From contig NC_092676.1 of NCBI RefSeq assembly GCF_964355755.1, positions 6,983,888 to 7,047,887 on the forward strand: DNA of 64,000 bases, given 5' to 3'. Below, in pieces: positions 25,426-56,814 of the stretch (position 1 is its first letter; each line of letters begins with the position of its first letter). Below the pieces are notes generated by a model. The model did not search any database, was not told where the DNA came from, and was given only the letters and a program-made list of their open reading frames with translations. The DNA comes from Antedon mediterranea (Eukaryota; Animalia; Echinodermata). Both the position numbers and the translations under genes were made by a program.

Positions 25426-28400
25426 TCATGTTCGATCTGTCTCTAGTATATTTCTTATGTGTAGTTCTCTTTTATTTTCTACAAATTTTAAGAATGTCTT
25501 TATTCTCTCTTCTCTGTCCATAGTAAATTGAGTAAGCTTTTCTTCTATACTGTTTTCCAAGGCTTTATCTTCTAAAGTGCAATTTGTTCCATCGGTTTTG
25601 AGTTGCTGTATAACACATTGTTTATCGGATTCTAAAACTGCCTTTCTTCGCTCCGATGCGTTAAATTCTTTGGCACTCTGAAAGAAAATTAACATAACAT
25701 TTGTGGCTAATGGTTTTAGTTTGAAAGATGATCCTCGACCATAGCTCTGACAGTAGAACCTGTGGCGTAACGCAGAAGCCGGAGGTCCCTGGAGGCCTCG
25801 GGCGTATTAACCTTTTTCAACATATTTTAATGCCTGTTTTTTCCTCTGGGCACTGCTCAGGGACCCCCATAATGCCCCTGGGTTTAGCCAGTGAGTGCTC
25901 ATAGCTGTTACGCCACTGAGTAGAAGTCTTCTTAGCTAAGGACTTAAAACTCTAGGTTCAGTGTACGCATCTGGCTTGTTTGCACCTAATGTATTTTTTG
26001 TTTGTTTGTTTGTTTGTTTTATCTTTATACTCGGTGACCTCTTCAGTCAAAGACTGATCTCCCAGAGGGCCCAGTTGGTGATCAGTGGCAGTGATGTACT
26101 AATACACCGGGGTAACCCCCTACTCGTCTCGAAAGATGTACTAGGTTCTTTAAAGTGCACACGAGCAAGTTGTGTACACTGGACCTACGGTTTATAGTCC
26201 TTATCCGAGAAGACTCGTTCTACGACCAGAACCATGGAGTGAGTGAGCCTCGAACCCCTGCCGATGTTATGGCTACGTAATTACGGTTCCACTGTCTTAA
26301 CCGCTCGGCCACTTAAGACAGTGGAACCGTAATTACGTAGCCATAACTTTGGAAGATAAGTGGGTCTCCCTGGTGCACTGGTCCATATCAACCCCTCGAC
26401 ACAAAGGTAGTCTTAGGGAGATGGAAATTGATTTATGTGTTGTACGCACATGAGCGCAATTCAACCCCTGGAGATACTAGACTGCAAGACAAACGTTATT
26501 CCCCCATATTTATATTTTGTTTTATTTATGGAATGGAAATGGTGCATACTTTTACTGATATATAGCTTCTTTGATAATGTAACACAGCTCCAAATAGATG
26601 CCAAATGGTGAACTCTGGCCATAATACCTCAGTGAAAGACAAAACTGTGTAGCTACTCTGAAAAACCAAACAATAAAGAATACTTTAAAATAAATAACAG
26701 CAAACAAGAAAAACAATGGTTTAATCAACATTTCCTTAGGTTAACTTTCACCATTCAATATAAAAGGATACTTGAGCATGGAGGTTTCCCAATTGAATAC
26801 ACCATTGTGTTAAGCTCTGTCTACACTATCAAACTAGTTTGACAAAAATTGTGATGTGCCCAAATATGGTAGTGATATGACATCATCATGTCCATATATG
26901 GGCACATCACATTTTTTTGTCACAAAGTTTGATAGTGTAGACAGAGCTTTACTCTGCACTACCAAAACATTATTTTGATATCAATGTTTATCCTGTTTGC
27001 AAAAATGTTATACAATACAATATTATTTATTGTCAATTTAACAAGGTATAAATGAAATTTGGTTGTTTATTTTACATTTTGATTTACATATGTTGTTAAT
27101 TTGTTGTCACATGACCCTTAAAAACTCTATAGCTTACCTGCCATAATAGGAAGTCTGATAGTCTTGTTTCACCAGACGTTCTAATCAACAAATCTGGGTC
27201 TTTGGAATGGTTTGTGTATAAACACTTCTCTAACAGTTCTTCTGATGAGTCACTTAAATCAATACAAATAGTTTAAATAGTTTTTATGTGTTGTTGTTAA
27301 AGTTGTATTATCCCCCAAAAACATGAAAAATAAAGATTAATAAAATCAGAATAGATGAATAGATTGTTTTCTAGTTTTAATAAAGTTAATCAATAATGCA
27401 GAAAAAACTCTGAAAAAATAAATAAACGGTTAAATTCAACCAAAAGCCCATAGCTGCCAGCCAATTTGAGTATTTATTGCTTTAAATTACAGTTTTTTAG
27501 GTAAATACATTTTCTTGTCGATCCAAATTTTGGTCAAAGTGGAAAACTATTAGGTGACATTAAAATGGTATTTTATTTCGCTACGGTGATCGTTCGAGAT
27601 CACACGAGATCCCGTTGCGCACGCGCACGTCAGTTCGTTGCATACGCACAAAATCAGAAGTCTTCGACATTGGATATCTAAAGAAAAATTGATTATTTTG
27701 TAAGAAATACACGTCATATTATCTATCAAGCATTGTTTCGTTATGGACAACTTATCACTTGGTAAGAGGGATAACGAAAAATCAAGAAAAATAGTAGAAG
27801 TAGGGCGTGAGAGCTCAGAAACTTCGACAGGTTTCGCCGACCCTGCGGGGCCAGGCGTGCTAATTAATAGCGGGAATAATACCGCGCCCGCTGGGCCGGT
27901 AACTATGAAGCATAGTAGTGGAAAGCGTAGGAAGGTCGCCCCGTCCGGGCCGGCTGCTCCCGCTGATGTATCAGTAGCTTCCCAGCAGGGGAAACTGATA
28001 CATGATTCTAAACATAAATCCACTAAATCAAAACAAAAACCTGTCTCAGAAACACCTACGGTTGATAACCGTCTTGACAAAATGGAACATTTTATGAGAG
28101 AGTCTCGTCAGGAAAACAGTGAACTACGGGAGATGTTAGAAACAGTATTGCTAGAACGTACTAGGCCTACTAGGCCTAGTGATGAATATGATGATGATCA
28201 AGGTCAGTACATAGAATCAGAATATAAAACTCACCAACAGAATGATGTTGAAAGTGGGTACATCAATAACGATATATCTGACTCTGAAGTGGTTGACCTA
28301 GAGAGTTTGGGCCAGTGCCAAGAAAAGGATAAACAAACCAAAAAGTTAGGGTTTGCTAAACGTTTTGCCACTCTTATTGAGGAGGGAAAACCTCTGCAAG

Positions 28401-31400
28401 AAGTTCAAGCAGATAGTGTAAACTATATGATCACAACTCCGCTCGAAGAGAAATACATGACAGAAAATTGTCAAAAGTATCCCAAACCAATAAACTGTCA
28501 GAATCTTCTTGTACCAAGGGTAAATCCATTGATATGGGAAAACTTGACACCAAATGTACAAAATCTGGATTTGAAGATCCAGAAATGCCAGAAACCCCTT
28601 GTCAAAGGACTTGTGGCCTTTTTGAGATCAGCTGATGAATTGCCAACTCTAACTAAGACACAGGAAGATAGCGTGGCTTTATTAGCGAGCGCACACTTTG
28701 AACTAAATCAGTTGCGAAAGGAGCTGATCAAACCTGATCTTAATGCTCGATACACTCATCTCTGTAAAACACGAGTAAAGACAACTGAATGGTTGTTTGG
28801 CAATAACCTTCACAAGGCAGTAAAAGAATTAGAGGAAGAACAGAAAACCGTAGGCGTTATGAAAAACCGGCAGGGGCAATATAGGTCACATCGGTTCACA
28901 CCATATCAAAATTCAGGCTCTATTGCTAATAGGAGGTCTTATCAAAACCGTTCGATAAACACAGCCTTTCAGCAAGCCGTAGTAGATCACACCTGTCTTT
29001 TTTAGGGCAAGGTTACAAAAATCAGTATCCCCAACACCAGAAACCTGCACTGTCGATGAGAAATCCCAGGTACAAACGGGGAAGATATGCTGCCTCCACT
29101 CAGCCGTTGGGAAAGCGGCAGTTCAATCAGAACTAAAACAATCTTCTCCAGTATCAAACCTAAACCAAGTAAGTAACGGTTCCTCCTCTCGATTAAATGT
29201 TACTGAAACTAAACATACAGGAGGTCAATTGGTACACAATAAAGCAGTTTGGCTCCATATTACCAGAGATATTAATATCCTGAGTATTGTAAATGGTTAT
29301 GAATTAGAATTTGAATCATCAGAACCACCAATCCAAGCCTATATACCAAGGCCTTACAAACTCATCATGAGGAAACAAAGGCAGTAACCAATGAAATCAA
29401 TCGCCTTTTGCAAATTGGTGTGATTGAACACTCAAATCCTGAGAATGGTGAATTTTTATCAAATATTTTTACCAGACGAAAGAAAGATGGCGGATATCGT
29501 ATGATCCTCGACCTATCTCAATTAAACAAATTCATAAAATATTACCATTTCAAGATGGACTGTTTTGATACAGCCATGAAATTCATAACAAAAGACTGCT
29601 TTATGGCATCAATTGATCTCCGAGATGCATATTATTCAATTTCTATTGCAAAACACCATAGAAGATATTTAAAATTTAGATGGAATGATGATCTATGGCA
29701 ATTCTGTTGTTTGCCCAATGGACTCTCTTCAGGTCCACGCATATTCACTAAACTCCTAAAACCACCATTAGCAACTATGAGAAGTTGTGGACATACTGTT
29801 ATTGCCTACATTGATGATACAATTATAATTGCTAAGAATAAAAAAGCTGCCCACGAAGCAGTTAAACAAACAGCAGAACTATTTTCTAACTTGAGGTTTG
29901 CCATACATCCATCTAAATCTGTAATTGAGTCAGTGAGGGAAATAAAATTTCTTGGATTTGTAATAAACTCTCGCACCATGAAAATAAGCCTCACAAAAGA
30001 AAAGGCCCAAGAAATATGTAATCAATGTATATCGCTAAATACAAAAATTAGGCCCACTATTCGTTTTGTCTCATCGGTTATAGGTAAGCTCGTTGCAGCT
30101 TTTCCGGGTGTTCAATATGGACCATTACATTACCGTGGGCTTGAAAAAGACAAAATCTATGCACTGAGACTAAACACGGGCCACTTTGATAGAAAAATGG
30201 CCATCACACAAACCGCTAAAAGGGAACTAAAATGGTGGATTGAAAATGCTAAATCAGCAACAAAGAAAATAGATCATGGGGTACCCTCTGTGAACCTAAC
30301 TAGTGATGCTTCGGGCCTCGGATGGGGTGCGTCAAACGGTTCTATTCACATAGGAGGGAGATGGAATTCCAAGGAAATAGAAAAAATCAAGTCAAATGAA
30401 ATAAACTATCTAGAAATGAAGGCTGCCTTGTTTGCACTAAAAGCCTTTTGTGTAAATAGTTCAAATAGCCATGTTTTGATAAAAATTGACAATACCACTG
30501 CAGTGGTGTATATAAATAACATGGGAGGAATAAAATCACAGGCTTGCAATGCTATGGCAAAAGAGATTTGGGAATGGTGCATACCCAGAGACATATTTGT
30601 CACTGCTCAATACATACCTGGAATTCTAAATGTTATTGCTGATACAAAATCTAGGAAGTTTAATGACCAAATAGAATGGGAACTTGATAGGGCAGTTTTC
30701 CAAAAACTGTGTATACAGTATGGAAAACCTGACATAGATTTGTTTGCATCGCGCCTCAATGCTCAAGTGAGAAAATTTGTATCATGAAAACCAGACCCAA
30801 ACGCAATTGCTATTGATGCGTTTACACTTCATTGGGGAAAAACGTTTTTCTATGCATTTCCTCCATTTTGCCTCATTGCAAGGTGCCTTCGAAAAATAGA
30901 GGTGGAAGAATCGGATGGGTTTATGATAGTCCCACGATGGCCTTCACAACCCTGGTTTGCTAAGCTACTCTCATTATTAATTGAAGAGCCAATAATACTT
31001 CCATCCGGGAAAAATATAATTACTCAACCGGTTTCCGGTCGAGAACACCCACTTTACAAACGATTATATCTTATGTGTTGCAGGTTGTCGGGAAACCTTC
31101 AAAGACAATGGCTTTTCAGCAGAGACTACCAACATCTTATTATCATCATGGCGAGAATCAACCAGAAAACAATACTCCATATATGTTAACAAATGGCTGG
31201 AATTTTCGCATCAACGACAGATTAATTCTATGCAGACCACTGTCGTAAACATTCTGGATTTTTTGACTGCACTATATCCTACGTTAGGATATAGTGCTCT
31301 CAACACCGCAAAAGCTGCGTTGTCATCGTTTGTGACCCTCAAAGATGGCACTCCGTTAGGCACGCATCCTTTAATTTGCAAATTTATGAAAGGCGTCTTT

Positions 31401-34400
31401 AACCTGAAACCGCCTGCACCTCGCTATAACACTACATGGGATGTAAAACCAGTACTTAACCTTATAAGGAAACAGTCTCCAGTTGAATCTCTCAACCTTC
31501 GAGATTTGACCCTAAAAACATGCATGCTGGTAGCTCTAGTCACTGCACAACGTCAACAAACACTACATTTGCTAAACATAGACACTATGCAAGTGACGAC
31601 GTCGTCGGTAAATTTCAAAATAAATGAATTATTGAAACAGAACAGACCAGGGAAGCCGACAGGTTGCTATCTCAATATCAAGAAATATCTACCAGACCCT
31701 AATATTTGTGTTTACACTGCATTGGTAGAATACATTGACCGCACGAAAGACCTGCGCAATGGTGAAGAGTATTTATTTATAAGCTATAAAAAACCTTATG
31801 AGAGTTTCAACGGACACTATAGCACGATGGATTAAATGCGAGATGCAAATTGCAGGAATTGATGTTACACAATTTAAACCTCACTCAACTAGGTCGGCAG
31901 CAGTTTCAAAAGTAAAACGATCTATGCTTCCGGTCTCTGATATTTTGAAACATGTGGGTTGGAACAGTGAAAAAACATTTCGATCATATTACGATAAACC
32001 CATTCGAGAAGATGGTTGTAACTTTGCTCTCGCACTAATGAAAGAATAAATGTTAATTACCATAACTAACAAGCGAGCACACTTTATTGAGTTAGTTTAT
32101 AAAATGTTATAACTGTAGTACAGTTACATGTTGTGTTGAGTTTAATATCCCATGATGGGAATGTTATACACAGAGAAATTGAAGTTGCTACAAAACGTTA
32201 TATTTAAAATGGCTAAAATGTTCCTCTAAATGCTAAGGTACTTCATAGCAAGTTGGAGTAGGCCTATAGGTTGTTAAAAGTGTTTATTGCAATATACAAG
32301 TTGTGTTTGGGATTAAGTTTGAAATCCCACGTTGGGAAGTTATACCCAGCAATCAAAATGTTCTTTAAATAATAAATACCAATGTTATTTAATTACATGC
32401 GTCGTTATTATTTACCCAAACAAACTGGTCGTTGAGGCCAGAGTTTCTTTAAACTCTCATGTGATCTCGAACAATCACCGTAGCAAAATAAAATAAGAAG
32501 ATTAAACGAGAACTTACCTGTTCGAAGTTTGATCTTTATTTTATGAGGTAGGTGTAAGTGAGAGATAACATGCCCTCCACTCCCTACCCTAAAATTAACT
32601 GAGCTTTAATAATGGAAGACAGCTCCAATATGTTATAAACTTGATTATTGAATTTCGCTCCACTTGGTCAGAAATTCCATACGGATGCAACTCTGGCCTC
32701 ATGTTGAAGACTGACGTGCGCGTGCGCAACGGGATCTCATGTTATCTCTCACTTACACCTACCTCATAAAATAAAGATCAAACTTCGAACAGGTAAGTTC
32801 TTGTTTAATCTTCTTATTATTAAACAAAAATGTTTTAAGAATTATTTTTTCAGGGGACAATACATCTTTAAGATTTTGCATAATTAATAACAATTTAAAA
32901 AAGACTTACCTTGGGTACAACAAACCACTTTCGACTCCACTTGCTACGTCTTTCACAGCATTTGTTATCTCATTTCTTGATGTATATGCTAAACAAACAT
33001 TCAATATTGCCCTAAAAAATAAACAATTTAAAGCTGTTAACAATTCTAATTTGTAGAATGAGTTTTCCCCAGACACCACACATGAATAAAATGATTGTGA
33101 GATCTTGGTTCAAACTCAACTCTAGCAGTATTTTAGACACTTTACTTACACTACCTCTCTCCACCTAGGTGTATAAAATGGATCAAGACACAACTTTGCG
33201 CTGCATTATTATTATGGGAGTATGTTTCCATGCATATTTGATACAAAAAAAATGACTGGGGTAATAATGTACAGTGCATTGAGGGCTTACTTATATGCGC
33301 TATATAAGAACGAAAATATAGAAACTATTATTATATTATCTATATAATGGGAATACCTTGTATTATTTCTTGAGAAGTATACTATATCGGCAGCTAGCTT
33401 TTGTAGGTCAGGCGGTAATAAGTTAATATCTCCTATTATTCTTATACATACACCATGCTTTCGAATCTGTTCCCTAAAAACCAAAAAAATAGTATATATA
33501 CACTGTATGTTGAATACTACTAAATAAATTAACTACCGTATATAAAAGGCACCAAAGCCGTATTTAGTTTTGCTTTCCATGAAAAAGAACCACCAACTGT
33601 GTCAAAACAAGGCAATGCTGAACTCCAGAGATCAAAGAGTTTATCTGTGGCTGCGACCAATTCCATGCCCCTTAACAGAAACTGCCACAGAGAATATATA
33701 CATAGTACAGTACTGTTGCTATTGGTCGCAGCCAAACATAAGATCAAAGGAATGTTACAAGTTCCTATCTTGGCAAGGCGAGCTCAGTGTCCTGTTGTTG
33801 GATTACCTTGGTGGAGGTGGGGAGTGAGGAAGCTTGTTTAAATTCCCTGCATCTGCAAAATGAATTAACATGACATTTTATAGAAATTTCTTTAGTATAA
33901 AGTTGCATACTTTTTGGCTTGAAGACGATGGAATTTTTCTCTAGCCAGATCCATTATGTTGTCCACTTCATCCTTTGACCTCTTAAAATTCTCGATACTA
34001 AATGCGTAAATTGTGACTTCATTGATTCCTAATTCTGAACACCATGATAAAGTCTGACAAGGGATAAATATTCATAAATCATTAATTACTAAGTAACTAT
34101 GACATATTTTAATACTTTCCAGTGAATTAGACTAGACTAAAGCTCTGTCTACACTATCAAACAGGTTTGACAAATAAAATATGTGATGGTAGTGCTATAC
34201 CCAAATATAGAAGTGATATGACATGTCCATATGGGCACATCACTTTTTTTTTTTGTCACAAACAAGTTTAATAACTGTGTAGACAGAGCTTTAGATTCTA
34301 AAATAGTATAAATGTGTCTTGCAAAAAAACAAATGTGAAAACCGACTTATTTCTACTTTCATATCATACTGTAAATTTAGTGTAATGTAATTGCGACAAA

Positions 34401-34683
34401 AATTGCAAAAAATTACTAATTATCCCAAAAAGGCTTTAGCTAGGGGCTACCTGTAATTGTATACAATAAAATACTGACAAAAACTAACCTCTGCTAATTT
34501 ATCAAATCCTTTCAAATGCCCGAGTCTATTGTCGTATTTATGCTTTCTAGCATAGCGTCTGTTACCATCCATAATAATCGCAATGTGTCGTGGTATCGCC
34601 CCCGCTTTCAAAATCCGACAACAAAACTTTTGAAGCCATGTCATGGCAGGGAGGTCCTTCTCATCTTTAAACAAAGACTCCAT
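25426..34683 (-). CDS. DHDDS: Dehydrodolichyl diphosphate synthase (cis-prenyltransferase catalytic subunit)
   Basis: Exons on -: 34683-34489 ([16 protein letters not shown]), 34053-33911 ([13 protein letters not shown]), 33473-33357, 33011-32910 ([10 protein letters not shown]), 27252-27138 ([20 protein letters not shown]), 26657-26550 (VLWPEFTIW), 25677-25426 (stop). All GT-AG and in phase. Probable non-coding exon 1 with its donor boundary at 36285. Confidence 0.96.
25760..25918. mobile_element. hAT-type MITE
   Basis: TIR C(T/A)GTGGCGTAAC...GTTACGCCACTG; 8-bp TSD AGTAGAAC/AGTAGAAG; related copies at 23401-23725 and ~41355-41505. Confidence 0.75.
25997..26312 (-). mobile_element. tRNA-derived SINE (family 2) with (AAAC)n tail
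   Basis: On -: A box TGGCCGAGCGG and B box GGTTCGAGGC; further copies at ~46390-46650 and ~52100-52418. Confidence 0.8.
26813..26948. mobile_element. PIF/Harbinger (Tourist-like) MITE family A, reference copy
   Basis: TIR AGCTCTGTCTACACTATCAAACT, TTA target duplication. Other full or partial copies near 1-110, 16250-16358, 17457-17672, 18485-18822, 23336-23792, 34141-34290, 38677-38780, 43868-44327, 45404-45560, 45814-45964, 57860-58175, 59215-59308, 59724-59866, 60316-60459. Confidence 0.85.
27743..29136 (+). pseudogene. DIRS ORF1 (gag-like)
   Basis: 420-aa ORF with [19 protein letters not shown] and EWLFG motifs. The basic tail FLGQG...RGRY is in a shifted frame, implying a 1-nt deletion between 28933 and 28996. 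Confidence 0.8.
29001..31248 (+). pseudogene. DIRS pol: reverse transcriptase, RNase H and N6-adenine methyltransferase-like domain
   Basis: GGQL...[14 protein letters not shown] start, [55 protein letters not shown]. Lesions: frameshift ~29364, TGG>TGA at 30785-30787, frameshift ~31094. Confidence 0.9.
31084..32049 (+). pseudogene. DIRS tyrosine recombinase
   Basis: [12 protein letters not shown]-terminus, AQRQQTL (R box), HSTR, GW...F..YY catalytic motifs; frameshift near 31797. Confidence 0.9.
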
Positions 34684-36284
34684 CCTGCTTAAACCAACTA
34701 CTGGAAAAAAAATATTAAAAATCATTAATAAAAAATATTGTTTTTTCTATTCAAGTGTAAATGTCACAGAGGTGTTAAACTATTCAGGGAGTTGTTATTT
34801 AGAATAAAATTAAAAATAAATTAAACAACAACTTTATGAACTATCATCAGTAAACTGTAAATTCAGCTTAAAATTGTAGATTTGTTTTGAAGAGTTAATA
34901 TCCATTAACCATTAGAGCAACACACAAAAAATCTCTTACTTAAAATTCAAGTAGGCACCTACTATAAATAAACCAATACACACCTCCTGTACAGTAAGCT
35001 TCAGGATAAAAAATGTCAACTTAATTAGAAAACCTAATCAAATAAGTTATACTCATTTTGTACTTGTTAGCCAATAACCTACAGCAGACTACATCACAAA
35101 TGCACAAGGCAGAATGAGTATTATTAGTGTTGCGCAATAACATTTCCTATTAATATTTTGTAATATTTGACTTTTAGAAATTAGACTCTTGACTTTTACA
35201 ATGTCACTTTCAAATCAGATCACACCATAAATGAACATTATAAACAATTATGATAGTCATTTAACATTGTAATACATATTTAAGTGAAGAATCATTTTTT
35301 CCTTCCATTCACCAACTTTTTCACAACCCAAATGCATTCATTTGCAATACATTATGTAAAATGTTTACATTGTTATTGTTTAGAGCATTTAGCAATCTTT
35401 TGGTCACCTCACACTTGATATGTTGCTATTAAAATGTTAACTACACGTAACCATGTAACCAGAAACACAAATAAACCAAACTTTTCGATAACAATTTATC
35501 AAATATTGTATGCATGACAGGTCTAAAGTTTAAAGTTCATGTTTCTCAACCATTGTTTTATACACTGATATCATGTTCAATATTTAAATACTCTGGGTTA
35601 CAGCAGTACAATACTACTCAACTCAAGCCATGTGGAAATCATTTATGATGACACGTTTGGAATTATTACATCAGTTGTCCAAGCAATTGAAAAATAAAAT
35701 CATTTAGCAAAAAATAAATTTAAAAAGTGTTAATTTGTTATGTTGCTTAACTACTTTAATTCCATAAAATTATTATTTAAACAACTTTATTTAACACTTT
35801 GTAATTTCCTATAATAAAATAATCGTATTCAAAACAAATTCAATAAACTACGGCCTACGGGTCTCATCTGAAGGATGTGTACTGCTGGTACTGCTGCTGG
35901 TAGGGCCCTACTAGGGGCCCACACACGAAGCCTGTGCTGTATATATTTGACATTTAATACTAGAATGGAACAGAAATTTAGCTTGTGAAGAATCCTGGCT
36001 GGGGTTAATATGCATACCCCCTGGCCTAGCCTAAGGGTGTATTGACATGCATGGCAACATCGACTGATATATCCTTCTCACATCCCATCCTCCTCGCCTA
36101 GACCCTTCTCTGCCTAGCTAGCCGGCCATTTATTTAGTTTTAGTAGAGGACTCTTAGTCTTACATCATATAAACATATTGTTTTGCAAAATGTTTTAGCT
36201 AACTAAACCCTATCTAGCCAAGTGCATTACGTTTCTGTTGACAAAATAACACATCATCAATTATCGTCATATATTGCAAGTTAC

Positions 36285-36898
36285 CTTAAACACAAAAGTT
36301 GATTACACGTCTGTTTTCTGGCCTAGGCCCCAGTGTTTCAGGCGAATAAGGTGCCGGTAAAAAGTCGTAGCGGTGCCCAGAGCTTGTAGTCCGCGAAGAG
36401 TAGCGTGGTTCTGCTGCTACCCGTGGCTTAGCTGCACAACGGCGTTTGCCACATACTCAGCTCTCAGTTTTAGGGGATTCCCTTTTACTGGGCATGCTCA
36501 GACTGACGCAATAGCTGTAAACTATATTTTTAATGGTAGTTCCCCGCACAAAATATGGCTGTATATCACTCCGATAAAAAAAGTATAACCGATTTTGACT
36601 AAAGTCACATACATAAATAAAAAAATCAATGCACATGGATGTCTATTATATATATTTATGTGTTTAATTAGATATTTTAAACCGGGCAATAGCTAATTAT
36701 TTTTAACATAGAAGAACTAATTTCAATTGCGTGTATGAACAATTTCAGACGCCCCACTCGGCTTTGATGACCTCCACCGTACGGTTCTAGGCTTATTTTC
36801 GCCGCCAGTTTGTGACTTCTATGTAATACTAAATTCATTAATCAGAGCATTATTTTAAATAAAAACATCTATGTTGACAAACAGTGTGTTCTTAGACA
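36285..36898. promoter_or_regulatory. Probable bidirectional promoter region between DHDDS (non-coding exon 1) and the PHIP/BRWD gene
   Basis: Divergent genes; locally GC/CpG-richer; minus-strand donor AAG|GTAACT at 36285; NRF1-like near-palindrome CTGGGCATGCTCAG at ~36488-36501. Confidence 0.6.

Positions 36899-56814
<19,916 letters not shown>

Larger units (their letters stand above)
27569..32818 (+). mobile_element. Full-length DIRS1-like tyrosine-recombinase retrotransposon (mutated), inside a DHDDS intron, antisense to the host
   Basis: Left terminus 27569-27634. Internal complementary region ~32456-32572 complementary to both ends. Right terminus ~32710-32818. TATT is shared at both ends and at the ICR junction. 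gag, RT-RH-MT and YR ORFs are present. Confidence 0.95.

Noticed and set aside
27550-28080. 176-aa minus-strand ORF in the DIRS 5' region
   Set aside because: Antisense to the GC-richer gag start, runs out of the element, and has no recognisable domain.
30785-30787. In-frame TGA in DIRS pol as programmed readthrough or selenocysteine
   Set aside because: It replaces the Trp of FVSWKPDP by one transition in a copy that has several other lesions. It is most simply a nonsense mutation.
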